IMG/VR virus record: IMGVR_UViG_3300044711_000045 | Span: 5,300-69,299 of that record | Source of the DNA: a virus | Lineage: Duplodnaviria > Caudoviricetes | Direction: 5' to 3' (one strand) | DNA length: 64,000 nucleotides | Program-made: the position numbers and the translations under genes | Notes under the pieces: model-generated | What the model saw: the letters and a program-made list of their open reading frames with translations, nothing else | Database searches by the model: none | Told to the model about the DNA's origin: nothing | Shown: in pieces, positions 45,669 through 56,543 of the stretch | Position numbering within the stretch: the first letter of the stretch is position 1 | Layout: each line of letters begins with the position of its first letter

Positions 45669-46035
45669 GCTTAGCGGCAGTGACGGCAAAACTACGCAAG
45701 GTCGCGCTGCATCTTGGGCGAGCGGATACGGGTGGTTATTGGTGTCGGACTCCACGCACAGAGCGAACTCTGCATACGTGGACGCCTGAGAAAGTCACTT
45801 GCAAGAAGTGTCTCGCAAGCTACAGAAGGCGCACCGCCAATGGGTAAAGGTAAACGTGACCCCAACATCACCGACCGCAATCGTAAGGCACTAAACGTCG
45901 CGTGTACGTACTGCGGCGCTAAGCCTTACGAATCATGCTGGACGTTGTGTTCTAATTCACGTGGTGAGCCGGTGGAGTTGAGTCGGCAGCCGCATCGAAC
46001 GCGGGTCAAGTTGTCGTGGCGAGAGGTGAAGGACA

Positions 46036-46342
46036 GGAAATGAGTGAGCAATTAAACTGCCCTGAGTGTGGACTTGCGATGCGCCCTCAAACTTGGGCGG
46101 AAGCATTTCCCAACTCGGAAAGGTTGGGAGCCGACACGCGCCCATTTGAAGTCGCAACATTAGTTGGCTACTCGTCGCCCAAAGGTCATAGCCATGATGA
46201 TAACTGCCTCTCGCGGCAGTATATATGTGCGGCAGGGCATCAACGTAAAGTATCGAAGCGGCGCACTTGTCCCACGTGTGATTGGAAGGGTAAAACTGAG
46301 TGCGACTGCCATCCCGATCCGAAAGTTGATAAGTGGCCGTGA
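46036..46342 (+). CDS. Cys-rich hypothetical protein
   Basis: CPECG...CPTCDW...CDCH. Confidence 0.6.
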
Positions 46343-46367
46343 CTGTCAAAGAGCGTCTGATTATACC

Positions 46368-46670
46368 ATGAGCGCAGAAAAATTTCCGTGGCTTTATCGA
46401 GACTTGGAAAGTCGTCGTAACAATGAGACGCCGCGCTTTGATCCACCAATCCATCGTTGTCCATCGTGCGACCGCATGTGGCTTTGCTCAGATCGTTACG
46501 TTCAGGACTACTGCTCACCGCAGCGATTTTATCCGCAGTGGAATAGTATAACTTGCAGCTTGTGTTTAGCAGGGGATATTTACGATGACGATGATCGCAA
46601 GGCATGGTGGGAGGCGCATGGAGTTACGATGCGCGAATACAATGAGTCACTACAAGTGGAGAAAGGGTGA
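46368..46670 (+). CDS. Cys-containing hypothetical protein
   Basis: MSAEKFPW..., CPSC...CSLC. Confidence 0.5.
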   Translation: MSAEKFPWLYRDLESRRNNETPRFDPPIHRCPSCDRMWLCSDRYVQDYCSPQRFYPQWNSITCSLCLAGDIYDDDDRKAWWEAHGVTMREYNESLQVEKG

Positions 46671-46916
46671 ATGATGGTTGACTTAGAAGCGATCAGCGCG
46701 TGGGAACGGGCGCATTCGCGGTACTATCTGCAACTCGGCAACGGCCCAGAACGGGAAGTTACCGAGAGTGAATTTATCGCGGCTGAGCAGGCGTGTGGAT
46801 TTTACCCGAAGGTTGGATGCGGACCAATTGCAACGAGTGGATTTAGCATGGGCGATGTTCATGGACGGGTGAAGTACGTTGACGATGACGCGCTGCGAGT
46901 GGAAGGAGAGAAGTGA
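46671..46916 (+). CDS. Hypothetical protein
   Basis: Coupled ORF. Confidence 0.55.
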   Translation: MMVDLEAISAWERAHSRYYLQLGNGPEREVTESEFIAAEQACGFYPKVGCGPIATSGFSMGDVHGRVKYVDDDALRVEGEK

Positions 46917-47158
46917 TGGCGATAGAAACCATTGAAGTCGAATATTTGACAACTCCTGAGGTTGAACAACTAGAGGCTCGTTACGATTCTATTATCAGAG
47001 GAATATACGCCGAAGCCTCAGAGCAAATGATCGGTGTGTCATTGCGTAGTCAACAGCATATTCATCGGTGCGCCGTTGAGCGAGCGCGACCTTACGTTGA
47101 AGAAATTGGACGACTGCGATCACGCTTGCTAACTCAGGCCGTAGTCAAGCTCGCCTGA
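46913..47158 (+). CDS. Hypothetical protein
   Basis: GGAG RBS, coupled. Confidence 0.55.
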   Translation: MMAIETIEVEYLTTPEVEQLEARYDSIIRGIYAEASEQMIGVSLRSQQHIHRCAVERARPYVEEIGRLRSRLLTQAVVKLA

Positions 47159-47188
47159 CCCACCTTTACCGAAAGGAGTGAGAGAGTA

Positions 47189-47506
47189 ATGGGAGAACAC
47201 GCGGATAAGCACTTTCTTGACGTGGACGACTTCGAGGTTGCTCGTTCAGTACACCGGATTGTCCGAGCTATGCATGACGGCGAATGCCCCAAGTGTCACG
47301 CGCTTACTGAAAGTCAGAACATGCGGCCAAGGCGATACGACAATCAAGCGTCTTTATTTGACATGCGGTGCCTTGGTTGCAGTTTCACGATTACAGCCGC
47401 TGAGCAGCATGCAGCGATGCTGGCATTCGGACCCGTCATGGAGCGCAACTTGGAAGTGTTTGAATCATGGCGCTCGCAATTGTCAAAGACCAAAGCAGGA
47501 GAGTGA
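47189..47506 (+). CDS. Zinc-ribbon protein
   Basis: CPKCH...CLGC. AAGGAG RBS. Confidence 0.6.
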   Translation: MGEHADKHFLDVDDFEVARSVHRIVRAMHDGECPKCHALTESQNMRPRRYDNQASLFDMRCLGCSFTITAAEQHAAMLAFGPVMERNLEVFESWRSQLSKTKAGE

Positions 47507-47611
47507 GCGTTGCTTCTACTTACTATCGTTGTCGCCGTCATCTTAATTCGCTTCATCGTCTCCATCCTTGACGTGCCGAGTGATCCTGATTGCTGCGGCT
47601 GAGGAATTCAA

Positions 47612-47803
47612 ATGACCACCACCACTCGCACACTTGAACAAGCGTTGGTCTGCGCGGAAACGTGGCGAGATAGCTCTGAATCGAGAGGAGAGAAATACTT
47701 TGAACTTCTTTACGATGATTCGTTGCAACTCGTGAACGATCTTGTTCTCCTCGCAAATGAAGTCAAACGACTACAAGCGGAGAATGCGCGGTTACAAGTC
47801 TGA
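47612..47803 (+). CDS. Hypothetical protein
   Basis: GAGG RBS. Confidence 0.55.
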   Translation: MTTTTRTLEQALVCAETWRDSSESRGEKYFELLYDDSLQLVNDLVLLANEVKRLQAENARLQV

Positions 47804-47820
47804 CGCACTCACATTCCCAT

Positions 47821-47850
47821 TTGCCTAACTCACCCACTTCACCGTAACCT
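47821..47850 (+). promoter_or_regulatory. sigma70-type promoter for terminase
   Basis: TTGCCT, 18 nt, TAACCT. 7 nt to GTG 47858, no SD. Confidence 0.5.
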
Positions 47851-47857
47851 ACCTCCC

Positions 47858-49984
47858 GTGCTACCCCCATCGCAACGATTCAAACACCTGTGGCCGCAGA
47901 AGGATAGGGAGGCGGCGGCACAGGCTAATGGTGGGAACGTAAAACAGAAACAACTGGCACTTGAATTAGCCGGATGGCGCACTTGGCTAACAACCCTATT
48001 CCCTTTTGCGTTCGATTCAGCTTTTAGTGATGACCATGCTCTATTCTGGAATCAATACTGGTCAGTGCTATTACGCATCAGAGAGAATCTAGCCGCGCTC
48101 TCAAAGAACCAACCTCCACCGCATTTTATCCCTACAAGTGAGTTAGTTATTCTCTACATCCTTGGGCGTGCGCTGGGTAAGTCGGCCTCAGTGGAACCCT
48201 CTGCCGTGATGCGTGGTGCGCTGCTTCATGGCGGGTATTCATTGTTCATCTCAGAGTCCGACGATCAAGCTCAGGAGCACCTCGGCAACACGCGCATCCT
48301 CATCGATCATCCCGACTCACGACTACTCGAATACTATCCCGACATGGCGGTAACTGACGAGCCGTTGCGTGGCTTACCCGCGTTAGACCGTCGTGAGCTA
48401 TTCATTACTCGCTGTGGGTGGATTGCGCGTGCTAAGGGACTAAAGGCCAAGATGCGCGGTCTGCGTGTGGGCACGAGACGGCCGGACGATCTCAACATCG
48501 ACGACATCGACGACATTAACGATGGCATCGATCTCTCCGTGAAGAAATTGAAGGTATTGAAAGCTTCTATCCTCCCAGTGCAATCAAAACAATGGACCAC
48601 GATCAAGTTCACGCAAAACCTCATTCTTGAGCAAGGTGTAATGAATCAAATTTACACGGGACGATCCGACGCCCTCGCTGAGCGTACGACCATTGGGCCA
48701 ACGAAGACGTTTACACAATTCGACTATGAAACCGTGTTCGATACCAGTGATGGACGTAATAAGCACCGCATTTTACCTACATCAAAAACCTCATGGGTTG
48801 GCGTGAGTTTAGCGGAGGCGCAGAAGTTTCTTTCTGACAGTGGACTGGCTACGTTCAAAGCGGAATACCAAAACGACTTTGAAGCCGCTCGCGAGGGTCG
48901 AGTGTTGCGCAACTACAACGACTCCCTTATGGTAATTACAAAGTCGCAATTTGCGCTCGTGTTCAATTCACGCGAGATACCCGACAATTGGAACAAGTAC
49001 ATGGCCCACGACTGGTCACGAACGAAATCAGAGTACCATGCGTGCGTCGCTGGTTCACTCGCAATCAGTTCACAGAACACGCCACTACCCGGCAAGTTGT
49101 TTCTATTCAATCTCCTCTCGTTTGACGAAGGCGCACAAGCCGACACAGTAGCGCAACGAATGCTCAAAACCATCTCACCTGATTACAACTGGGATGGCGT
49201 ACTTGACGCTTCACTCTCACGGGCGGGCCTCGAAGCGTATATAAAAGACATCACACAACTAATGGTTGCTCGTCGTGAGACACTGGCCCAAGTGCTCCCA
49301 CCAATCGTGCAACCAATCATCTCCAGCCTCCACTATCAACGGTTCACGGGTTCGCATGAGCAAAATAACGACGCATTACAAGTTTATCGCAACGTCTACG
49401 GTCTACCCTTTCAACCAAAGAATCCCGGTACAACGGGTGGATTAGAGTGGGCGGATCACTACATGACCGTGGACCATTCGCGCCCACATCCATTCAAAGA
49501 CGACGCGTTAATCAACGGTAAATGGGAGCACGGTTGTCCCGGTATCTTCCTTGTAGTTGATGACGATAAAGCGGAATACCCAAAGGCTCCTATACCTGAC
49601 CAACTCACTGACTCTGACCTCTGGCGCTACCAATTCAACAATTGGCTCATGCAACCTTTGAAGGTGACGGAAGGTGGCGTCATTGAACATGGTCCCATGA
49701 AGATGAATGACGATTGTGGGCAGGCGTTACAACAACTATTAGACGGTAATCGCATTCAAGCCGCACCGTTGACGACAAAGGAAATGGTTGCGGAAGTCAT
49801 ACCGCCTCGTTATCGGCCTGAGGCCATGCGTGCCGCAACCGGATCACTTACTCCCGAACAGGAGCTCAGTTATGAATTCCAACTGGCACGAGCAAAGAAG
49901 ATTGTGGGCCGGACCGGGATCGTGGAATTTAACGACAGATTGGAACGGGTTGGTAACGATGACGACGCGGACGAATGGGGTTGA
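47858..49984 (+). CDS. terL: Terminase large subunit
   Basis: ILGRALGKSA (Walker A), LFISESDDQA, RGLR...RPDDLNIDDIDD (Walker B), EYQND, AHDWS nuclease motif. Confidence 0.8.
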   Translation: MLPPSQRFKHLWPQKDREAAAQANGGNVKQKQLALELAGWRTWLTTLFPFAFDSAFSDDHALFWNQYWSVLLRIRENLAALSKNQPPPHFIPTSELVILYILGRALGKSASVEPSAVMRGALLHGGYSLFISESDDQAQEHLGNTRILIDHPDSRLLEYYPDMAVTDEPLRGLPALDRRELFITRCGWIARAKGLKAKMRGLRVGTRRPDDLNIDDIDDINDGIDLSVKKLKVLKASILPVQSKQWTTIKFTQNLILEQGVMNQIYTGRSDALAERTTIGPTKTFTQFDYETVFDTSDGRNKHRILPTSKTSWVGVSLAEAQKFLSDSGLATFKAEYQNDFEAAREGRVLRNYNDSLMVITKSQFALVFNSREIPDNWNKYMAHDWSRTKSEYHACVAGSLAISSQNTPLPGKLFLFNLLSFDEGAQADTVAQRMLKTISPDYNWDGVLDASLSRAGLEAYIKDITQLMVARRETLAQVLPPIVQPIISSLHYQRFTGSHEQNNDALQVYRNVYGLPFQPKNPGTTGGLEWADHYMTVDHSRPHPFKDDALINGKWEHGCPGIFLVVDDDKAEYPKAPIPDQLTDSDLWRYQFNNWLMQPLKVTEGGVIEHGPMKMNDDCGQALQQLLDGNRIQAAPLTTKEMVAEVIPPRYRPEAMRAATGSLTPEQELSYEFQLARAKKIVGRTGIVEFNDRLERVGNDDDADEWG

Positions 49985-50027
49985 ATTCTATTGCTAAGTG
50001 ATTGATTAACGTCGTAAACTGCGGTGC

Positions 50028-51278
50028 ATGTCACAATCCCCGCAAGAATTAGATGAGTATCGAGCACGGCAGAAGCGCATCTTCGATCTCATGCGCGGTG
50101 GGCAACCGTCACCTGCGACAACTCCGGGATTTGCGGGTGGGACGCTGCAAGACCAACTCTCTCGCTCAACTCAACAGCAACAACCACTAATCAACCCTGC
50201 CCGCATTGGTCCCGCACCGATTGAAGATCCTGGTGCGCCTCCAGTTGCAGGAACACCGCAGTATGAGCAGGCTATGGCAAGTGCGTATCCGGTGAGTGCG
50301 AGCGCGACGACGACAGCGGGTACAAACGGCAACAACCAACCACCACCTCCACGACTGCAACTCGGCTCACGTGGGTTCTCTGGTGATGAGTCGTTGGTTA
50401 AACTACAGACTCTCCGTAATTCACCGTTGCCTGAGTATGGTCACGCGAAAGGTGCAGGCTACGGCGCACTCGCGGGCATTGCGGCGAATCAAGGTGGGAC
50501 ACTCGGTGAGAAACTAGGTGGCGGACTCGCTGGACTCATCGCAGGTGGAATCAAACCCAACATCGCTGCGTCCATTAAGCGGGATTACGAGATCAAGGCG
50601 GCGACGCAACAAGCGCAACAGGATCAATCGTTAGCGCAGGAGCAAGCGCAGACTGAGGGCATGTTGGCGCAACCGGAAATTCAACGGCAACGAATTGAGC
50701 AACAGCAGAAGGAAGCGGAGCAACAAACTACCTATCGTAACCAACAGTTAGAGCAGCAACAAACGCAACAGCAAGCAGCGGCTGAGCGTGCGTTGGCCGA
50801 CCGCGAGGAACGGAAACTACTACGACAGGAAACTGAGCGTCATCACCGTGAGGACGAGCGATTGCGTGGCCGAGAGAAACCCTCGAAGTCGTCAACAAAA
50901 TCCACCGACACAAGTGGGAAGTATCGCGCTGCGCAGTCAGAACTGGACTCACTTGCGCAAGAGGAGAAAGCGGCGCAGAGTGAGAAGGATCGTGCCTACA
51001 AGTATCTCGCTGATCTAAAAGCTTCCACAACTGCAACCGATAAAGACATCGCGCAAGCCGAGAAGGAAGCACAAGCCAAAGACATTTACTATCAATCATT
51101 CGCAGACAAGAAACGTCAGGCGCAAGCGAAGTTGCAGGAGAACTATGTTGAGCCGGAGTCCGAAGTGAATACGGACTTAGTTGACCCGCAAATCAAGGCA
51201 TACGCAGATAAGTTCTTCAAGGGCAATTATGCCGCAGCACAGGCTGCGATTGAGAAGCAGAGGAAGGGTGGGCAGTAG
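50028..51278 (+). CDS. Putative internal virion (ejection) protein
   Basis: Q/P-rich, Gly/Ala amphipathic segment (GALAGIAANQGG...GGLAGLIAGG), long coiled coil. Confidence 0.55.
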   Translation: MSQSPQELDEYRARQKRIFDLMRGGQPSPATTPGFAGGTLQDQLSRSTQQQQPLINPARIGPAPIEDPGAPPVAGTPQYEQAMASAYPVSASATTTAGTNGNNQPPPPRLQLGSRGFSGDESLVKLQTLRNSPLPEYGHAKGAGYGALAGIAANQGGTLGEKLGGGLAGLIAGGIKPNIAASIKRDYEIKAATQQAQQDQSLAQEQAQTEGMLAQPEIQRQRIEQQQKEAEQQTTYRNQQLEQQQTQQQAAAERALADREERKLLRQETERHHREDERLRGREKPSKSSTKSTDTSGKYRAAQSELDSLAQEEKAAQSEKDRAYKYLADLKASTTATDKDIAQAEKEAQAKDIYYQSFADKKRQAQAKLQENYVEPESEVNTDLVDPQIKAYADKFFKGNYAAAQAAIEKQRKGGQ

Positions 51279-51281
51279 GCA

Positions 51282-51560
51282 ATGGGTCTTAAGACGCCAA
51301 ACTCTAGACTAGGAGAACTCGGATTGTCACAGTACCAGATCGTCTACGACGACGAGGAAAGCTATCCCGATGGTTATCGAAGTGCGCCTGAGACGAAGAT
51401 GGTTGCATGGTTGTACGACGAGTGCGGTAAGGACGTTGGTTGGTGGAACGGGCTATCAACGTATTTCGGCAACGAAGTCTTACCTGAACATTTAGCGCAA
51501 CTAACACTTACTGTCAACGAACTACGCTTACGTCATAATTCCTCGTTGTTCTTTGGTTAG
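51282..51560 (+). CDS. Hypothetical protein
   Basis: Small ORF between virion genes. Confidence 0.5.
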   Translation: MGLKTPNSRLGELGLSQYQIVYDDEESYPDGYRSAPETKMVAWLYDECGKDVGWWNGLSTYFGNEVLPEHLAQLTLTVNELRLRHNSSLFFG

Positions 51561-51563
51561 CGC

Positions 51564-51773
51564 ATGTCCACTCGCAGAGAACAGGAATCCGGGATAGCGG
51601 AATTTTTAGCAGCTGAATTCACGGCGATTTGTGACAACTGTGGGCACAGAGAATCTCTCACGGCTTGCGACGATGACGAAGCGGCGTGTGGATTCTACGA
51701 GGGCGGATGGAGGATTAGTAATGGGCAACTATGGTGCCCTACTAAGATTCATCGCGTCTCAGAAGAAAGATAG
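51564..51773 (+). CDS. Small zinc-binding protein
   Basis: CDNCG...GWRISNGQLWCP. Confidence 0.55.
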   Translation: MSTRREQESGIAEFLAAEFTAICDNCGHRESLTACDDDEAACGFYEGGWRISNGQLWCPTKIHRVSEER

Positions 51774-51778
51774 TTGCC

Positions 51779-54700
51779 ATGTCCACTCCCCCCACTGCCA
51801 TTCCACGGTTTGACGATTGGTTGAAATTCCAACCTCTGCCTGATCAGATCGCGTCCGCTGAGCGTGATGTTGCCCGTGCCAAGCAGCGTCAATCGCAGGT
51901 TGCGGGTGAACTTGATAGTGAGTTGTCTCACTCGCGTCAGGCTCGTGGCGTACCCAACTTCGACGACTGGGTAAAGCAACAGCGACAACAACCAACGGCT
52001 GCGACAACTCAATCTACTCCTCGCACCCTTGCAGGCACCACTACCACACCAATGCGACGGCGTAATGCTCAAGTAGGCGTCGATACTGGGTTACATTTGG
52101 GTCATCGTGTACCGCAAGTCGGTTATGCCGATATGAAGAGTAATGAGTATCCGGCTGACTTAAGCACTGCTGACATTCGTCGTATGGACGATGAGATTCC
52201 GCAAACTAATTACTCCGTTCCTCGATCTCGTGGTGTGTTACCTATACGCCAGATAGTCCGTGAAGCGCAAGAGGACCCAATCGGACGACGCAACGCCTCT
52301 ATTCGTGAGCAAGTCGTAAAAGAACGTCATCCGACAACCTTACGTGGGCGAATCGGACAGACGTTAACTACGGCACAGCAAATAGCTAATTTACCAATGG
52401 CAGGTCAGTTGCCTGACGTACTTCGTAACGAAGATGACGCCGTTGGCGAGGAAACTAACCGACGCATTGAGCAGGCGGATCGCGCGAACACGCCGGAGAT
52501 GATTCAGGCTCGCAAGAAGTTTGGTGCATTAGATCCCGTCACTCGTACGGCGGCGTCTATTCCGGCAACGTTATATTCCGACGTACTGAAAGGCGGTGCG
52601 GGTGCGATTGAGACAACTGATCTTCTCAGTGGGGGTGGGTTGTCGAAGGTTGTAAGTTTAATTGGCGTGGACGCGAGACAAATTCAGGACTACTTGAATC
52701 AGAAGGGGAATCTATTCAAAGAGTCTCAACAGATGCCGCTCACGGCGGAAGGTGAGGATGTTAAGCGTTCACTGATAGAGAAGCTGGGTTCTACGGTGGG
52801 AGAAATGAGCGTCGGTATCGGTGAGTTGATGTTGTTGAAGAAGTCCACGGGCCTCTCAATGGCGAAGATCATGGCACTGGAGACGGCATTAAAGACCTCC
52901 GATCAACCCGTGCGTGTACGAGCTAAGGCCGTAGCCGTCGCAACCGCAATGGGCAAGGTGCTGGATGGGCATCTATCACGTACTTCCAGTGCGGCGTTAT
53001 TTGGAGCACCAACTGCCGTGCAATCAGGGACGGAAGTCGTAAAAGGTAACATGGAGCCGTTAGAGGCGGTATTACAGACGGGGTTGCAAGCAGGAACAGG
53101 ATTTGCTCTCGGTGGCAAGCCTGCGCCTCGCGGTGAGACGTCGCTAACTCGCGTACCGGACATAGACGCCACCATTGCCGCACGTGAGGCGAGAGTGGGT
53201 CCACCAGTGCGAGCGAATGATGCGCGGATTAATGATGCGTTGGCGAGAGAGTTGCAACGAGTGGGGGTGGTGAATGAGAAGCCAAGTGAATTAACAGAAC
53301 CTCAGCCTTCATTACCTCAATCATCTCCATTAGACCAAGCAATTCAGCAACGTGCAAATGTTCGTGATCGCATCAGCACTCTGGAAAAGGAACTCTCTCA
53401 GTGGCGACGTGCGGGAGGTCGTGGCCGAGGCGGACAGCAACGTATCCGAGCGATAGAGAACGAGTTGTCTCAACTACGAGGTACGGTGGCGCAAGAGGAT
53501 CAAGCAGCGGCGCAAAAGTTAGCAAGTGAGCAACGATCTGCTATTGAACAAACTCGCTACAGTCCTACTCCACGCTTCGACGAATGGGTAGAGAATGAAA
53601 GTGGTCAACGTGCAAGTCAACTAGCACCCGAAGAACTAGCAACGTTACGTCAACGATATCAAGCAGAGTTTGCTAACGCTCCCGCGCCTCCAGCGTTAAG
53701 GGAGATGCCGCCGTTACAAGAAGGGATTAATGAAAATGAAACCGCAAATGAAACACAATCAACAAAAGCGAAAAGTGAGCAACCAGCAACTCAACAAAGC
53801 GTGTCGCCAAGTGCTAAGGGAGATGGAATTCGAGAATCCGCCACAGCCGCAACAAGTGAGCAAGCGACTTCGGTCGGTAGTGGGTTGGGCACGGAACCGC
53901 CTCACCACAGCCAATCACAAAATCGCAGAGTAAGGAATACCGCCACGGGTAAGCGCGGACAATTCGCCAAAGGCAAGCTCGTAGAACCATCAGCAGAAGG
54001 GAACCCAAATGACGTTACTGATTCGTCTCTAACTCCACCAGCAACCAAATCCAAAGCAGAGGGCGTGGAGCGATCTGTGCCTTCATTACCAACAGAGTCA
54101 TCTCTACCGCAAGGTCAACGCGCCACCCCTCTCACGCTGGAACGTGCGGGATTGGAAGGCGGCACAGACCGCACCTACGATGTTGTCACCAACGAAGCGT
54201 CAATTAAGAAAGCCAATGACACCATTGAGCGGTTGGGCGTGGACGATGCGGTGGATGCAGTGAAGTTCGCGGACGGTGCGGATAAGACCGCGCTTGGAAT
54301 CACGTTGATTAAGAAGTTGCAGGATGCAGGTAAACATGATCAAGCGGTGGATGTGGCTAGTGACCTCGCTCGTGAGTTAACGAAACAAGGTCAGGCGATT
54401 CAAGCGGTAGCGATTGTTAACCGTCTTGCTCCTGAGCGTGTCGTCATCGCAGCAGAACAAATGGTCAGCAAGCACACGAACGGTAACGGTCACTTGAAAG
54501 CTGAGACGGGCAAGAAGATTCATACTGAGGCGACTAAGTTAAAAGAAGCAGAGGCGCGTATTGAATCCGCCAACGATGAGATAGCGAAGCTGCAAACAAA
54601 GCAACCAAAGGCGAAGATACTCACGTTGCAAGAGCGTCTCGCTAAAGTGGAAGCCGACGCTCGTGCGCGTATAGCGGAGAGACAAGCAAAGATTGACGCA

Positions 54701-56314
54701 GGCGAACTGGAATTCCGCGCCGCTGGCCCTACTCCTTCTCCCCACTTCAACGATTACGTCATTATTGGTGCGGCGAAACTCGCTCAACGTGGGGTGTCGT
54801 TTGCGTCGTGGTCACGGGATATGGTGGCGGATTTCGGAGAGCAAATTAAGCCGCAGTTACGCGCTATCTATCAGCAATCGTTCAGTAAGTATCGGGATGA
54901 GCAGAGACAAATGCAAAGGGAGAGTCAGGAGCGGGGTGCGACGAAGGAAGCAACTGCGGCAGGTATTCCCATCACTGATAAGAAGCAATTGGACGATCTG
55001 ATCGCTCAACGCATTCAAGCGCGCAAAGATGCCGCCTCGTCCCGTCGTGAGTTAGCGAAAATCTTCCAATCTCTTACGCAATCACGCTGGCAACGGGCGA
55101 AGGGAATTGCGGTTGATACGCTATCTGTACCACGGGCACTAAAGTCGTCCATTGACCTCTCTGCGCCTCGTCAAGCGTCTATGTGGATGTTATCGCACCC
55201 GGTTGAAGGAGCGAAACTGTTCTTTGGCAAACAACTGAAGGCAATGCGTGAGGTGAACTACGATAAGTTTGTAGACCAACTTGAGAGTGACCCCGACTAC
55301 CAACTCATGCGTCGGAGTGGGTTGTCATTAGCATCTGTAGCAAAGGACCGTGATCCATTCAACATCACTGCACGTGAGGAGGCGTTTGCATCACGACTTG
55401 CAGGGAAGATTCCCGGCGTGTCGCACTCCGAACGTGCGTACACAACATTCATCGACACCGCACGTTCATCGTGGTTCAAACAACTCGCACGTCAAGCTGA
55501 ATCTGTCGCGAAAGCTAAAGGTTCCACTGTCACTCCTGAGCAATACCAAGCCATCGCCAACTTCGTCAACGTCGGCACCGGACGAGGCAATCTCGGTCGT
55601 GGGCAATTGAGTAAAATCTCACCCTTTCTCAACGCCGTATTCTTTGCGCCACGATACGCCGCAAGCAAGGTGCAAGTATTTGATCCTCGTGTTTATTCAC
55701 GTCTGCCACCCGGCGCACGTGCGTCCGCGATGAAGTCCGCTGTAGGTTACTTCGGCGCGATGGCAACAACCGCACTAATACTCAAGTATGGCATGGGCCA
55801 AGATGTTTCACTTGACCCTGAGTCGTCGGAGTTTATGAAATTGAAGGAAGGTAACACGCGCTACGATCTCACCTTTGGTCAGGGGCAATATTTCGTACTG
55901 GCATCACGTCTCTTGCGTAACGCGGAGAACAAACGAACAGGTAAGAAGGACGATTTCGGTAAGTCCGCAATGGAGAATGTGGATCGATTTCTCAGGTATA
56001 AATATTCCCCACCCGCCGCAATGGCCCGCAATCTCTGGGAAGGGAAAGATGCGGTAGGCCAGCCAACGTCGTTAAAGAAGGAATCAATTGAAGCGATTAC
56101 GCCGCTGTTTCTCAACGATCTCTATCAAGCCTATCAACAGGAAGGAGCAAAGGGGATTGCTAAGACTGCACCGGGATTCATGGGAGTCGGTGTTAATACT
56201 TACAACGCCGACAAGTCTCGAACCGGCAGTGATGGCCGTCCCACCCGTCCGACACGCCAATCAACTCCTCGCCCTACACGTACGCCATTGCAGCGGATGG
56301 GGATATTTAGATAG
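51779..56314 (+). CDS. Large internal virion / ejection protein (1511 aa)
   Basis: Helical, FDDW repeats. C-terminal GNTRYDLTFG...FLRYKYSPP...PLFLNDL...GFMGVGVNTY typical of large podovirus internal proteins. Confidence 0.7.
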   Translation: MSTPPTAIPRFDDWLKFQPLPDQIASAERDVARAKQRQSQVAGELDSELSHSRQARGVPNFDDWVKQQRQQPTAATTQSTPRTLAGTTTTPMRRRNAQVGVDTGLHLGHRVPQVGYADMKSNEYPADLSTADIRRMDDEIPQTNYSVPRSRGVLPIRQIVREAQEDPIGRRNASIREQVVKERHPTTLRGRIGQTLTTAQQIANLPMAGQLPDVLRNEDDAVGEETNRRIEQADRANTPEMIQARKKFGALDPVTRTAASIPATLYSDVLKGGAGAIETTDLLSGGGLSKVVSLIGVDARQIQDYLNQKGNLFKESQQMPLTAEGEDVKRSLIEKLGSTVGEMSVGIGELMLLKKSTGLSMAKIMALETALKTSDQPVRVRAKAVAVATAMGKVLDGHLSRTSSAALFGAPTAVQSGTEVVKGNMEPLEAVLQTGLQAGTGFALGGKPAPRGETSLTRVPDIDATIAAREARVGPPVRANDARINDALARELQRVGVVNEKPSELTEPQPSLPQSSPLDQAIQQRANVRDRISTLEKELSQWRRAGGRGRGGQQRIRAIENELSQLRGTVAQEDQAAAQKLASEQRSAIEQTRYSPTPRFDEWVENESGQRASQLAPEELATLRQRYQAEFANAPAPPALREMPPLQEGINENETANETQSTKAKSEQPATQQSVSPSAKGDGIRESATAATSEQATSVGSGLGTEPPHHSQSQNRRVRNTATGKRGQFAKGKLVEPSAEGNPNDVTDSSLTPPATKSKAEGVERSVPSLPTESSLPQGQRATPLTLERAGLEGGTDRTYDVVTNEASIKKANDTIERLGVDDAVDAVKFADGADKTALGITLIKKLQDAGKHDQAVDVASDLARELTKQGQAIQAVAIVNRLAPERVVIAAEQMVSKHTNGNGHLKAETGKKIHTEATKLKEAEARIESANDEIAKLQTKQPKAKILTLQERLAKVEADARARIAERQAKIDAGELEFRAAGPTPSPHFNDYVIIGAAKLAQRGVSFASWSRDMVADFGEQIKPQLRAIYQQSFSKYRDEQRQMQRESQERGATKEATAAGIPITDKKQLDDLIAQRIQARKDAASSRRELAKIFQSLTQSRWQRAKGIAVDTLSVPRALKSSIDLSAPRQASMWMLSHPVEGAKLFFGKQLKAMREVNYDKFVDQLESDPDYQLMRRSGLSLASVAKDRDPFNITAREEAFASRLAGKIPGVSHSERAYTTFIDTARSSWFKQLARQAESVAKAKGSTVTPEQYQAIANFVNVGTGRGNLGRGQLSKISPFLNAVFFAPRYAASKVQVFDPRVYSRLPPGARASAMKSAVGYFGAMATTALILKYGMGQDVSLDPESSEFMKLKEGNTRYDLTFGQGQYFVLASRLLRNAENKRTGKKDDFGKSAMENVDRFLRYKYSPPAAMARNLWEGKDAVGQPTSLKKESIEAITPLFLNDLYQAYQQEGAKGIAKTAPGFMGVGVNTYNADKSRTGSDGRPTRPTRQSTPRPTRTPLQRMGIFR

Positions 56315-56348
56315 ACGTGGGAGTGGAAAAGGGTGGTAGAATGCGCCA

Positions 56349-56543
56349 ATGAACATTAACGAACTGCATCAACATATACGGGAACTACTTGGACCACGAG
56401 GTGCGGTTGACGTAGCGAGTGCCATTCTAGACGCTGAAGCGCAGGTAACGGCAGCGATCTGCGGTGTTGAAGTTGAGGATCTTGATGTTCTACGCGCTAG
56501 GGTCGTACTTGATGACGTTCTCGATGCAGAGATAATTGGATGA
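56349..56543 (+). CDS. Hypothetical protein
   Basis: Coupled ORF. Confidence 0.5.
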   Translation: MNINELHQHIRELLGPRGAVDVASAILDAEAQVTAAICGVEVEDLDVLRARVVLDDVLDAEIIG

